In this document: positions 27,575-41,487 of the stretch, piece after piece | Layout: each line of letters begins with the position of its first letter | Position numbering within the stretch: the first letter of the stretch is position 1 | Source of the DNA: Eledone cirrhosa | Lineage: Eukaryota | DNA: 64,000 nucleotides | Direction of reading: 5' to 3' | Assembly (NCBI GenBank): GCA_964016885.1 | Contig: OZ024749.1 | Location: 29,512,001 to 29,576,000 of the forward strand | Notes under the pieces: model-generated | What the model was told of the DNA's origin: nothing | The model's database searches: none | What the model saw: only the letters and a program-made list of their open reading frames with translations | Position numbers and translations under genes: made by a program

Positions 27575-28073
27575 ATAATAAATTTGAAGACTAAAATCCA
27601 AAGAGGGCACGATAAGGATAAATATATATCAAATATATAAGAACCGTAGAGCAAATATTTATTAAAATAACAGATTAAAGTTTAAGCAAAGAATCGCTGC
27701 TTTCACCCTTAACGGGATCTTCTGAAACTAACAAAGTCAATCTGTGAACGCAGAGGTGAATATTTCAAAAAACGTTGCAACCGGAAAGTCAATCTGTGAA
27801 CGTAGAAGTGAATATTTCAAAAAACGTTGCAACCGGAAAGTCAATCTGCGAACGCAGAAGTGAATATTTCAAAAAACGTTGCAACCGGAAAGTCAATCTG
27901 TGAACGCAGAAGTGAATATTTCAAAAAACGTTGCAACCGGAAAGTCAATCTGTGAACGCAGAAGTGAATATTTCAAAAAACGTTGCAACCGGAAAGTCAA
28001 TCTGTTAGTTTCAGAAGATCCCGTTAAGGGTGAAAGCAGCGATTCTTTGCTTAAACTTTAATCTGTTATTTTA

Positions 28074-28080
<7 letters not shown>
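27575..28080 (-). mobile_element. (TA)n-associated fold-back element enclosing five 52-bp tandem repeats
   Basis: Arms ~27655-27732 and ~28001-28080 are reverse complements; unit AAGTCAATCTGTGAACGCAGAAGTGAATATTTCAAAAAACGTTGCAACCGGA. Family pieces also at 15283-15330 and 29620-29755. Confidence 0.85.
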
Positions 28081-28158
<78 letters not shown>

Positions 28159-28286
28159 AAAGTTTTATTTAAAATTGTTGGGTTACAACAAGTAAATATT
28201 TTATAACTGATATAAAGCACTCGACAAGGTTTTGGAGTAGATATACGATATTAAACAAATGGAAACTATATTTATAAAACCATATT

Positions 28287-28352
28287 TATTTCATTATACA
28301 TATTTCAGGGATACCATATTAAAAATATGGTATGCCTTCGTCAGATAAAATA
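28287..28352 (-). ncRNA. Minimal type I hammerhead ribozyme motif (mirror copy)
   Basis: Reverse complement of 28455-28520 with one stem II change (A-U versus G-U). Confidence 0.72.
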
Positions 28353-28454
28353 CAATATATAAACAGTTTTATAAATAATTTTGGCAGCTTCCTAATTTAA
28401 TGGTCGCTTATATTATGGTACGTCAAAATTATTTATAAAACTGTTTATATATTG

Positions 28455-28520
28455 TATTTTATCTGACGAAGGCATGCCATATTTTTAATATGGTATCCCT
28501 GAAATATGTATAATGAAATA
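28455..28520 (+). ncRNA. Minimal type I hammerhead ribozyme motif
   Basis: Stem I TATTTTAT/ATGAAATA (8 bp); CTGACGA; stem II AGG-ATGCCATATT/AATATGGTAT-CCT; GAAA; TATGTA; TA^ with predicted cleavage after 28512. Confidence 0.75.
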
Positions 28521-28560
28521 AATATTGTTTCATAAATATAGTTTCCATTTGTTTAATATC

Positions 28561-28673
<113 letters not shown>

Positions 28674-29200
28674 CATACATACATATAGCAGCTGTGTTAG
28701 ACTCCTTAGTTTTTGTTTTATTTCACTTCTCACTTTCCAATCTTACATTCTGATATATCTGTCTCTCATTTTTTATTATATTCTTTTTTATTATATTTTT
28801 TCTTTGACCCCCTAATCTCATTTGATTTACCTTTTCTATAACGTCCCTCCTCCATTTTCTAAAGAAACCCTTTTCCCCTACCTCCCCTGGCCTACTTTCA
28901 TACACATTCCTTAGAATTTGCCGTGTAGATTTCAGCTTCAACGCTTGACCGGCTCTACCCACTCCCCTATCGTTCTACAGGCAAGTTCAGCCACCCCACC
29001 CCGCACCCACTGCCATGATAGACTTTTCTGTGTCTGCTACAAATTTTGACCAATCCTCTTGACAACTACAATCTTCCCATATAAGGAAGTACCCCTTGAA
29101 AAGTTCGGCTATTTATTTACCAGACTAAAAAAACTCTTACTTTAGTCCAGAAATAGCCGTCGAAACGGCTTGAGCTCTGCCGTCGGGGTCATACTTTCTC

Positions 29201-29395
<195 letters not shown>

Positions 29396-29536
29396 ACGAA
29401 GGAAGTGTGGTAAGGAACCAGATGGACCATAACGCCCCAGAGTACTCAATACTTAGGGTAGTAGAGTGGGTAATAGGATGGCGTGGTAGGGTCGGAAAGT
29501 GCTCTACTACGGAGGCGTGGTAGGGTCATAAAGTGC

Positions 29537-29568
<32 letters not shown>

Positions 29569-29659
29569 CGTGTGTGTGTGTGCGTGTGTGTGTGTGTATA
29601 TATATATATATTAATAATAATAAATGTGGGGACTAAAATCCGAAGAGGAATCGATAAGG

Positions 29660-29708
<49 letters not shown>

Positions 29709-30263
29709 GTAGTGCAAATATTTATTATAAGAACAGATTAAAATTTAAGCAAATATATACATATCTCATACATAAATGTATCTTTACTTAAACACTGTCA
29801 CTGCACTCACTATATAACTATTATGTGTGCACTCTGAGCATCGAGACGCAGTTTCACAACTGCAAGCTTATTGTCTCATTGAGTGAGAAGGTCATGGCCG
29901 GAGATCACTGAAATAACATCAGTGACATCTGAAGCCCTGTCAACTGCCCTTGTCAACTCCCTGTCATCTCCAGAAGGGAGATCTCCCACCCACTTTGGGT
30001 AGGTGAGAGAAGTCTTCTCTTGTGAAAATTGCTAAACTTTCATTAAGTAAAATCTCCCTATTTTGTATCATTTCTCCCTGTTTTGGGGCACTTTTTCATT
30101 GTACTCCCAGTTTGGGTTTTTAGAGGTTGGCAGGTCTGCTTTCGTAAACTAAACGTTAAGGCCCTCTTCCTACTATTTCAAGCGTTAACCTAATATATCC
30201 CTTCCATATACTGTATCGATTGTGTTGTTATTTCTGTTTACCTTTTACACGCACGCACACGCG

Positions 30264-30298
<35 letters not shown>

Positions 30299-30376
30299 AC
30301 GCACACACACACACACACACATATATATATGTATATATATATGTATATATATATGTATATATATATATATATATTT

Positions 30377-30446
30377 CCTCGTCCGACGAACGAATGAAGA
30401 CGTTTCTTTCGTATTCGTCTTATTCGGGAAACCTCTGGTAATGAGG
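30377..30446 (+). ncRNA. Hammerhead-like motif with a core substitution (CCGACGA)
   Basis: Stem I CCTCGT/ATGAGG; long stem II CGAATGAAGACG/CGTCTTATTCG; GAAA-CC-TCT-GG-TA^; lies between (TA)n tracts. Confidence 0.55.
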
Positions 30447-30547
30447 TAATTATATTGTATTGTTTATTATACATTAAATTTTGCTCTGGTACTTACATAG
30501 AGCACTCTTCACTCCTATGACTTTTTCTATTTTCAACGGAAACTTCA

Positions 30548-30613
<66 letters not shown>

Positions 30614-31186
30614 ATTGTAGTTTGCTTGAAGCATTGTGTTAGTATATAAAGCAGTATGATATTTGAAGTCAATGCAAAATGGACGGTAGATTTTTGAATA
30701 AATTGAAGACAACGAAGATGTTTACAAAATTCCTTTCATGCGGTGACATTGGCCTACCCAATAGGTAAACAGAAACTTTCCACTGTGCCACTGAATACAG
30801 AATCACTAGGTGGCGAAGCAAACTCCTTAACTACACAGCCATGTATGCATCAACTGAAAGAATTCTACGCATTTTATTATATTTTTGTTAGTAGTTTGCT
30901 TTTTCTATTCATGTACGAATGAAATCTGCCAAGAATATTTGACAGAAGTAGAATACGAATTATTTTGTTTTGTTTTGTTTTTTGGTTTTGTTTTAAAGAC
31001 CGCCAAACAGACTTAATGCAATATCTTTCAGTAATATTATTTAAATATGTATACCTTCCATTTGTGTTCTCTTTTAAAAGAGATACACATCTCTCTATAC
31101 AAGTTCTTATATTGCTTTGCAGACGATAATATATAAATATTCATACCTGATAAAACAAAGATTTTTATGAATGTTTGTATATCTAT

Positions 31187-31257
<71 letters not shown>

Positions 31258-31688
31258 AATAAAAATATCGGTATAGAATATTTGGACAAAAGATGTGATA
31301 AAAGTATTTGAAATGTTTCAGTCAAAAGTGATAATGTAAATTAAATCAACAATGAAATAACTCTATGACCAAGTCTTCGTTAATATTCAGTCTTTTATTT
31401 TTATATTCATAAATTTATTATTATATTAATTCTAACGAACCAGACAAATAGAGTTCGCCCAAGATCGCCGTTTGCCACATCATCATCATCACTGCCATCA
31501 TTATGGTCATTATCATCATCATCATCACCATAATCATCAAAATCATCTTCATAATTAGCCCAATTTTACTTTTAATATTCGGCAAGGCCAGCCGAAACTC
31601 GCCGGGTATGCAGATGAGGCTACTCAGCCAATGTGTACTTAAGAAAATACTATATATTTTCAACCGTTCAACAGACTGGCCGAGGTAT

Positions 31689-31731
31689 ACAGTCCTGATG
31701 AAGGGTAATGACCCAGAAACATGTTAATTGT
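31689..31731 (+). ncRNA. Minimal hammerhead ribozyme motif
   Basis: ACAGTC-CTGATGA-AGGGT-AATG-ACCCA-GAAA-CATG(palindrome)-TT^AATTGT. Confidence 0.55.
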
Positions 31732-31858
31732 TCCTCAAAGCCAGTTTTGAACAAACAGGTGACGATCGGTCACCGACACGGCAGAGCTACAAACGAATCG
31801 AAAATTATATTTAGTGTTCGATATAACCCATACGTACATATGTATATATTTGTGTGTA

Positions 31859-31933
<75 letters not shown>

Positions 31934-31934
31934 C

Positions 31935-32023
<89 letters not shown>

Positions 32024-32351
32024 CTATGTATATATATATATAGAAAGAGTGAAGAATAACATGGTCAGCTGTACACAAAGGGTTTTATTTACAGTATTAA
32101 CAATTGTTTCATTGATCAGGTGAGTCTAACGGCCGCTGATAACTCGAAATTGCGTCACTCGACCTTAAATACAGTGTGTGTCTCTGATCAAATCGTCGGA
32201 ATACTGCTAACCTACATGAGAATTTTCGCAAACTCACTACCTAACTAAGGAAACCTCTTGTTGAGTCAAACAACGCCGTACGTTAAAACTATCCATAGTA
32301 CAGAGTACTCACAACCTCTAACTGGATTACCTAAAACAATAACTTGTTATC

Positions 32352-32391
<40 letters not shown>

Positions 32392-32506
32392 GGATTTTAA
32401 TGGATACAGTTTAGTTAAAAGGAATTTATTGACACGTGTTTCTATAACAGTTACATAACCTGAAAACAGCTGCTATCTATTTTATATTACAACACTACGG
32501 AAAATA

Positions 32507-32545
<39 letters not shown>

Positions 32546-32714
32546 AAAATGTGTAACCCCGACGGCAGAGCTCAAGGCGTTTCGTCGGCTATTTCTGAAT
32601 AGCCGTCGAAACGGCTTGAGCTCTGCCGTCGAGGTTACACATTTTCCTATTACTCAAAGTATTGAGTACTCTGGTGCGTTATGGTCCATCTGGTTCTTTA
32701 TCACACTTCCTTCG

Positions 32715-32793
<79 letters not shown>

Positions 32794-32818
32794 TGTGTGT
32801 GTGTGTGTGTGTGCTTAC

Positions 32819-32849
<31 letters not shown>

Positions 32850-33001
32850 TATTATATAGAGGTGGACACATATACTGGAAATGCAGACATATCTATCACG
32901 TTGAATGTAAAAAAAACAAAACTGTTCCCCAAGATCGACTTTTCTGAAGTCACACGTGATATCTAGTTGGTAAACAACCAGTAAGTTCATTCAAAGACTT
33001 C

Positions 33002-33103
<102 letters not shown>

Positions 33104-33156
33104 TATACAAACAGTATACAAACAGACACACGTATATATACATATACCTGTGTATA

Positions 33157-33212
<56 letters not shown>

Positions 33213-33308
33213 ATAGAATGCCGTTAGCTTCTTGCTAAAACAATCTCTATACCTCTCATTTATATATATATATGTGTGTGCAACCACGCAGTATTCTTCT
33301 TTCTTCTC

Positions 33309-33346
<38 letters not shown>

Positions 33347-33410
33347 TAGATATATATGTATATATGTATAGATATAGATATATATGTATATACATACATA
33401 CATACACATA

Positions 33411-33491
<81 letters not shown>

Positions 33492-33511
33492 ATACATATA
33501 TATCTATATCT

Positions 33512-33556
<45 letters not shown>

Positions 33557-33635
33557 GAGAAGAAAGAAGAAAGAAGAATTATTCTTTCTTCTCATGTTTT
33601 TATATATATATATATATATATAGATATATATGTAT

Positions 33636-33776
<141 letters not shown>

Positions 33777-34089
33777 AATGTATATCTGCATGTATATATA
33801 TATATACTCACACATTGAAACTGAATAAATCTAAGAGCTTTCTGTTAAAACTTTTCTTGTGTTAATTAAATAAATGTCTAGAATATTTGTAAATCTCCAA
33901 TAATATAAAAGGAAGACACCATCTGACTTCTTAATTGATGGACTTCGTTTTCTTAAATTAATGAAAATTTCGACGACATATAACTTTATTGCGGTGTGTA
34001 ATTGCAAAAACGAAAAAAAAAAAAAAGACTGAAAAAATAAAAGCCGAAAATTTGCAGTTCACACATATGAATGTTTAAATGTTCTACTA

Positions 34090-37000
34090 AGTTAAATCTC
34101 ATAGGAGTTTTCTCAGGTGTTTTAATGATAGGGGCACCAGTCTTGCTATGTTGTTACAACTCATACCTATCTATGATTATCTGGCCTCTACGAGGTTAAA
34201 TCTCAGGTTTCTCAGGTGTTTTAAGGATAGAAAGCCTAGCCCTGCTATGTTGTTACAGCTCACACCTATGTATGGTTAGCTGGCATTCTACGAGGTTAAA
34301 TCTCAGGTTTATCGGGTGATTTAATGATAGGAAGCCTAACCCTGCTATGTTGTTGTTACAGCTGACACCTATGTATGGTTAGTTGCCCTTCTACGAGGTT
34401 AAATCTCAGGTTTATCGGGTGATTTAATGATAGGAAGCCTAACCCTGCTATGTTGTTACAGCTGACACCTATGTATGGTTAGTTGGCCTTCTACGAGGTT
34501 AAATCTCAGGTTTATCGGGTGATTTAATGATAGGAAGCCTAACCCTGCTATGTTGTTATTACAGCTCACACCTATGTATGGTTAGTTGGCCTTCTACGAG
34601 GTTAAATCTCAGGTTTATCGGGTGATTTAATGATAGGAAGCCTAGCTCTGCTATGTTGTTGTTACAGCTGACACCTATGTATGGTTAGTTGGCCTCTACG
34701 AGGTTAAATCTCAGGTTTATCGGGTGATTTAATGATAGGAAGCCTAACCCTGCTATGTTGTTACAGCTCACACCTATGTATGGTTAGTTGGCCTTCTACG
34801 AAGTTAAATCTCAGGTTTATCGGGTGATTTAATGATAGGAAGCCTAACCCTGCTATGTTGTTACAGCTCACACCTATGTATGGTTAGTTGACCTTCTACG
34901 AAGTTAAATCTCAGGTTTATCGGGTGATTTAATGATAGGAAGCCTAACCCTGCTATGTTGTTACAGCTCACACCTATGTATGGTTAGTTGGCCTTCTACG
35001 AAGTTAAATCTCAGGTTTATCGGGTGATTTAATGATAGGAAGCCTAACCCTGCTATGTTGTTACAGCTCACACCTATGTATGGTTAGTTGGCCTTCTACG
35101 AAGTTAAATCTCAGGTTTATCGGGTGATTTAATGATAGGAAGCCTAACCCTGCTATGTTGTTGTTACAGCTCACACCTATGTATGGTTAGCTGGCCTTCT
35201 ACGAAGTTAAATCTCAGGTTTATCGGGTGATTTAATGATAGGAAGCCTAACCCTGCTATGTTGTTGTTACAGCTCACACCTATGTATGGTTAGCTGGCCT
35301 TCTACGAAGTTAAATCTCAGGTTTATCGGGTGATTTAATGATAGGAAGCCTAACCCTGCTATGTTGTTGTTACAGCTCACACCTATGTATGGTTAGTTGG
35401 CCTTCTACGAAGTTAAATCTCAGGTTTATCGGGTGATTTAATGATAGGAAGCCTAATCCTGCTATGTTGTTGTTACAGCTCACACCTATATATGGTTAGT
35501 TGGCCTTCTACGAAGTTAAATCTCAGGTTTATCGGGTGATTTAATGATAGGAAGCCTAGCTCTGCTATGTTGTTACAGCTCACACCTATGTATGGTTATA
35601 TGGCCTCTACGAGGTTAAATCTCAGGTTTCTCAGGTGTTTTAAGGATAGAAAGCCTAGCCCTGTTATGTTGTTACAGCTCACACCTATGTATGGTTAGTT
35701 GGCCTTCTACGAGGTTAAATCTCAGGTTAATCGGGTGATTTAATGATAGGAAGCCTCGCTCTGCTATGTTGTTGTTACAGCTCACACCTATGCATGGTTA
35801 GTTGGCCTTCTACGAGGTTAAATCTCAGGTTTATCGGGTGATTTAATGATAGGAAGCCTAGCTCTGCTATGTTGTTGTTACAGCTCACACCTATGTATGG
35901 TTAGCTGGCCTTCTACGAAGTTAAATCTCAGGTTTATCGGGTGATTTAATGATAGGAAGCCTAATCCTGCTATGTTGTTGTTACAGCTCACACCTATATA
36001 TGGTTAGTTGGCCTTCTACGAAGTTAAATCTCAGGTTTATCGGGTGATTTAATGATAGGAAGCCTAACCCTGCTATGTTGTTACAGCTCACACCTATGTA
36101 TGGTTAGTTGGCCTTCTACGAAGTTAAATCTCAGGTTTATCGGGTGATTTAATGATAGGAAGCCTAACCCTGCTATGTTGTTACAGCTCACACCTATGTA
36201 TGGTTATTTGGCCTTCTACGAAGTTAAATCTCAGGTTTATCGGGTGATTTAATGGTGGGAAGCCTAGCTCTGCTATGTTGTTACAGCTCACACCTATGTA
36301 TGGTTAGTTGGCCTTCTACGAAGTTAAATCTCAGGTTTATCGGGTGATTTAATGATAGGAAGCCTAACCCTGCTATGTTGTTACAGCTCACACCTATGTA
36401 TGGTTAGTTGCCCTTCTACGAAGTTAAATCTCAGGTTTATCGGGTGATTTAATGATAGGAAGCCTAACCCTGCTATGTTGTTGTTACAGCTCACACCTAT
36501 GTATGGTTAGCTGGCCTTCTACGAAGTTAAATCTCAGGTTTATCGGGTGATTTAATGATAGGAAGCCTAACCCTGCTATGTTGTTACAGCTCACACCTAT
36601 GTATGGTTAGTTGGCCTTCTACGAAGTTAAATCTCAGGTTTATCGGGTGATTTAATGATAGGAAGCCTAACCCTGCTATGTTGTTACAGCTCACACCTAT
36701 GTATGGTTAGTTGGCCTTCTACGAAGTTAAATCTCAGGTTTATCGGGTGATTTAATGATAGGAAGCCTAACCCTGCTATGTTGTTGTTACAGCTCACACC
36801 TATGTATGGTTAGCTGGCCTTCTACGAAGTTAAATCTCAGGTTTATCGGGTGATTTAATGATAGGAAGCCTAACCCTGCTATGTTGTTGTTACAGCTCAC
36901 ACCTATGTATGGTTAGTTGGCCTTCTACGAAGTTAAATCTCAGGTTTATCGGGTGATTTAATGATAGGAAGCCTAATCCTGCTATGTTGTTGTTACAGCT

Positions 37001-37950
37001 CACACCTATATATGGTTAGTTGGCCTTCTACGAAGTTAAATCTCAGGTTTATCGGGTGATTTAATGATAGGAAGCCTAGCTCTGCTATGTTGTTACAGCT
37101 CACACCTATGTATGGTTATATGGCCTCTACGAGGTTAAATCTCAGGTTTCTCAGGTGTTTTAAGGATAGAAAGCCTAGCCCTGTTATGTTGTTACAGCTC
37201 ACACCTATGTATGGTTAGTTGGCCTTCTACGAGGTTACATCTCAGGTTAATCGGGTGATTTAATGATAGGAAGCCTAGCTCTGCTATGTTGTTGTTACAG
37301 CTCACACCTATGCATGGTTAGTTGGCCTTCTACGAGGTTAAATCTCAGGTTTATCGGGTGATTTAATGATAGGAAGCCTAGCTCTGCTATGTTGTTGTTA
37401 CAGCTCACACCTATGTATGGTTAGTTGGCCTTCTACGAAGTTAAATCTCAGGTTTATCGGGTGATTTAATGATAGGAAGCCTAACCCTGCTATGTTGTTA
37501 CAGCTCACACCTATGTATGGTTAGTTGGCCTTCTACGAAGTTAAATCTCAGGTTTATCGGGTGATTTAATGGTGGGAAGCCTAGCTCTGCTATGTTGTTA
37601 CAGCTCACACCTATGGATGGTTAGCTGGCCTTCTACGAGGTTAAATTTCAGGTTTATCGGGTGATTTAATGATAGGAAGCCTACCCCTGCTATGTTGTTA
37701 CAGCTCACACCTATGTATGGTTAGTTGGCCTTCTACGAGGTTAAATCTCAGGTTTATCGGGTGATTTAATGATAGGAAGCCTAGCCCTGCTATGTTGTTG
37801 TTACAGCTCACACCTATGTATGGTTAGTTGGCCTTCTACGAGGTTAAATCTCAGGTTTATCGGGTGATTTAATGATAAGAAGCCTAACCCTGCTATGTTG
37901 TTGTTACAGCTCACACCTATGCAGTTTTAACTGACGTTCTACAAGGTTAA
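34090..37950 (+). repeat. Satellite with a 100/103-bp unit, ~38 copies
   Basis: AAGTTAAATCTCAGG recurs at 34801, 34901, 35001 and 35101; the 103-bp variants carry an extra GTT. Confidence 0.97.
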
Positions 37951-38035
37951 CCCTTTAGTATTTAAACAGGCCGTATCCAGCCAGAATTCTCTCACCTCTT
38001 TTTGTTCAAACTGGCTGTAATCAGCTGCTCATAGT
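37948..38035 (+). mobile_element. piggyBac-like MITE end
   Basis: Starts TTAA|CCCTTTAG, i.e. a TTAA target plus CCC terminus; no partner end found nearby. Confidence 0.4.
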
Positions 38036-38220
38036 GATGTTAATGTATTGTTTTCAAAGTAAATAATATTAAAATCTCATAGATTCCATATTATGTGAGA
38101 TAATTATGTAAGATAAAGACTTTACCACAAAAATACAATAGTATAGATAGAGTAATGTAAATGGTGAGTAACTTTACGAGAAGATGATTTTTAGAAAGGT
38201 CCGACAGATTTATCCATATT

Positions 38221-38289
<69 letters not shown>

Positions 38290-38292
<3 letters not shown>

Positions 38293-39109
38293 AAAGAACA
38301 CAAGAGCGTCTACAACATCAAAAGAATTTTATTGTCTTACAATGTTTCTTCCTTACGTAACCGTAGGATTCGTCAGAGCTATAAAAGGGGTTTGATTGGT
38401 GTTATGGACTCTACCAACCAAACATTCAAGAACAAAGAGTAAAGAGAGTAAAGGGCAAAAGTAGGGGACGATAAGTCTAATTTTGGTGCGGGAGGGTGGG
38501 GTGTGGGTCCTTGTTTACTAGCTGCGGTCATATTCATTCCCGGGAGTCGAGTGGTTAGCTGAACCATAGATGGGGTGGCGTCGATAGTATGGTGCAGAGG
38601 GTGTGCAGAGGCTACACAAACACAAGGGGCATACAATATATATATATATAACGGAGGAGGAAGTACATGAGGTAATTAGAAATGGAAAAAGAGTAATAAT
38701 AATAATCTATAATTAATAATGTATAATAAGGCATGGGGAAGATTACACTATAATAAGGTATAAAAGTAAGAATAAGGTAAAATATAAAGGAGGATAAAAG
38801 TGGAAATAATAAAGATAAAGAATATATATGTAAAAAAATATATAGAGAATATATAAAGAAATATAAGCGAGTATTTGGAGGGGAAAACACAATGTAAAAA
38901 AACCGATTTTTTCAAATAAAAATAAAAATATTATAATTATGGGGGGAGAAAACGGGATAGAGAAATATGATCAAATGTGATTAGTTGAGAGAATATAAGA
39001 TGATAATAGTTATGTCAAGTTTATACATCTTAATAATAAATAATCTGTGTATCAGAGTTACAGAACCTTCAATTCACTTACAGGTTCAAGCCACGTGGCA
39101 TAGTCCATT

Positions 39110-39115
<6 letters not shown>
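38290..39115 (-). mobile_element. 5'-truncated Penelope-like element: last ORF codons, ~750-bp 3' UTR, hammerhead motif
   Basis: [13 protein letters not shown] (stop at 39078) resembles the PLE GIY-YIG terminal motif WIxxLxTxxPxGLN; CTGACGA-ATCCTACG-GTTA-CGTAAGGAA-GAAA-CATTGTA at 38334-38380; (TA)n on both sides. Confidence 0.6.
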
Positions 39116-39180
<65 letters not shown>

Positions 39181-39324
39181 CACACACATATATATATATA
39201 TCTATCTGTGTGTATATGTATATATATATATATGTATGTACACATATATATATGTGTGTACATATATATATTTATAAAAAAAAAATATATATACATACAT
39301 ACACATATATATGTATATACACAC

Positions 39325-39470
39325 AGGAGCACTGAGTGCAGTGTCAACTCTGGATGTCGGTGAGCATGTCCAGTTCGTGAGTTTTTAACAGGCACTCACA
39401 AATAAACGTTTCTCATTGGGGGTGCTATTACCAATGTTCTTACCCGTGCAACGCCGGGATACACTGCTAG
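39325..39470 (+). mobile_element. Helitron-like 3' end
   Basis: Subterminal hairpin CCCGTGCAACGCCGGG, then CTAG|T at 39467-39471. Confidence 0.55.
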
Positions 39471-39546
<76 letters not shown>

Positions 39547-39549
39547 TAC

Positions 39550-39603
<54 letters not shown>

Positions 39604-39606
<3 letters not shown>

Positions 39607-40149
39607 GGTGCGGACGATATTTGTTCGCAAGATTACTGTCTAGGAAAAAATAACACAGTAGTTTCATCTCATATGAAACGTAGCGAATGTCTTCATGTAC
39701 CACCACCCTAATGAGCTTTTCATCCACGCCTTTCTCCCTTGCAATGGCACGCATCGAATTGCTAGGTTCATTGTTGATGATATCCTGAACTTCAGCGACG
39801 AACTCGGGCGTTCTGAAGGCGTCAGATCGTCGATCATGTGTTTTCCTCTCTGATGTTGGTCCGTAGTCGAATCCTGAATCTTCCAATTCCTTTCTGACCT
39901 TTTCCACCATTCTCCTGCTGACGCTGAGAAAGTCTGAAATTTCCTTATTTGTCCTCCCGGCGCGGATTCCAAGAAGAACTCCGTGTCTCTTCCACAAATT
40001 TGGCGGTTCAAAATTATTCATAATCAATTATTCTGAAAATAAATAATTGAAATATAGTCAGTTTTTATGAAGACAAGAGTGACAACGGAAGTAAAAAAAA
40101 TTTGCATAAAATTAGCAGTTGAAAATTGTGAACAAATATCGTCCACACC

Positions 40150-40152
<3 letters not shown>
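39604..40152 (-). mobile_element. Internally deleted Tc1/mariner (maT/DD37D-like) transposon
   Basis: TIRs CAGGGTGCGGACGATATTTGTTCGCAA and TTGTGAACAAATATCGTCCACACCCTG with TA flanks; encodes only the paired-like HTH region (...NKEISDFLSVSRRMVEKVRK...SMRAIAREKGVDEKLIRVVVHEDIRYVSY); no catalytic domain. Confidence 0.9.
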
Positions 40153-40196
<44 letters not shown>

Positions 40197-40661
40197 ACAC
40201 ATGCTTACATATGCAACCACACACTCTAACGCCTAGCCCCACCCCTCATACCCCTCTTTCCTTCATTCACCCTCTCATTACCCCCTCCTTTACACCCACC
40301 TACTCAAAGCCCCCCTCCCTAAAGCCACCCAGCCCCTATCCCAACTCCCCAACAAAGCAAGCACTAATAGGTAATTACAGTATCTGGAATTATTCTATTT
40401 GTGAATTAAGTGGTTAAATATGGAATCTGAAAAGAAGCCGTTTTTTGGGGGTGGGGTGGGGTGGGGGGCTGCCATTGAATGAAAGACATTTCTCATTGGT
40501 TGACGTAGTGGCTGTTGGGAAATCGGAATGAGGGTGGAGTAGAGAGCGGGGGGGGGGGGGGGGGAGAGGTGAAGGAGAGAGAGCGAGAGAGAGGAGGGAG
40601 AAAAGTGATGTAGAGAGAGGGAAATATATATATATATAAATATATATATATAAAAAACATG

Positions 40662-40700
<39 letters not shown>

Positions 40701-40810
40701 AAATAGGAACGGTAAAGTAGGGAGAGAGTGAGAGAGAGAAAATAGGAACGGTGAAGTGGAGAGAGAGAGAGTGAGAAAGAGAGAGAGATATATATAGGGG
40801 GGGGGGAGAA

Positions 40811-40841
<31 letters not shown>

Positions 40842-41487
40842 AAGAAAGAGAGTGAGAAAGAGAGAGAGAGAGAGAGAGAATTCAACGAAGAAGACACAAA
40901 AATGGTAAACAGGCAGTTACCAGATATATATTGTTTTCATTTTATGATTCCATTGAAAAAGATTCTTAACAATCTGGGAACATTTAAATATTGAAGATTA
41001 TTTAAAGAACAATGGAAGATTCTCTGTCAATTCCGCCTCCAAACTTCTTTCGTCGCCATTTTACCAAAAAAAAAAAAATAATTTAAAAAAAAAAAAAATG
41101 AAGAATAGAAATAAATAAAAATAAAAGATGAAAAAAAATATAAATATTAAATAAATAAAAAAAATGAAAAATGAATATAAAAAAAAAAAATGAAATAAAT
41201 CCTTCTTTGGAAGTAATAAATAAATAAATAAATAAATACAAAGAATAAAGACAACAAAGCAACAACCACAACATGTAATTATGATTTGAGCCCCCTCCCG
41301 CCTCCACATCTGAAACAAAACAAGAGACTTTAGTCATCGTATCTGAAATTAAAGGGTGTATATATGACAAAGAGTATAAAGAATCAAGTCTAATGTTCGG
41401 TAATTTACGGTAATTTACGGTAATGTTCGCCAATGTACGGTAACTTACGGTAATTTACGGTAATCTATGGGTTAGAGTGAAGACCCA

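Noticed and set aside
28723-28962. 79-aa ORF faintly like an RTE ORF C-terminus
   Set aside because: The motif match is too weak to call; it may be a decayed retroelement piece.
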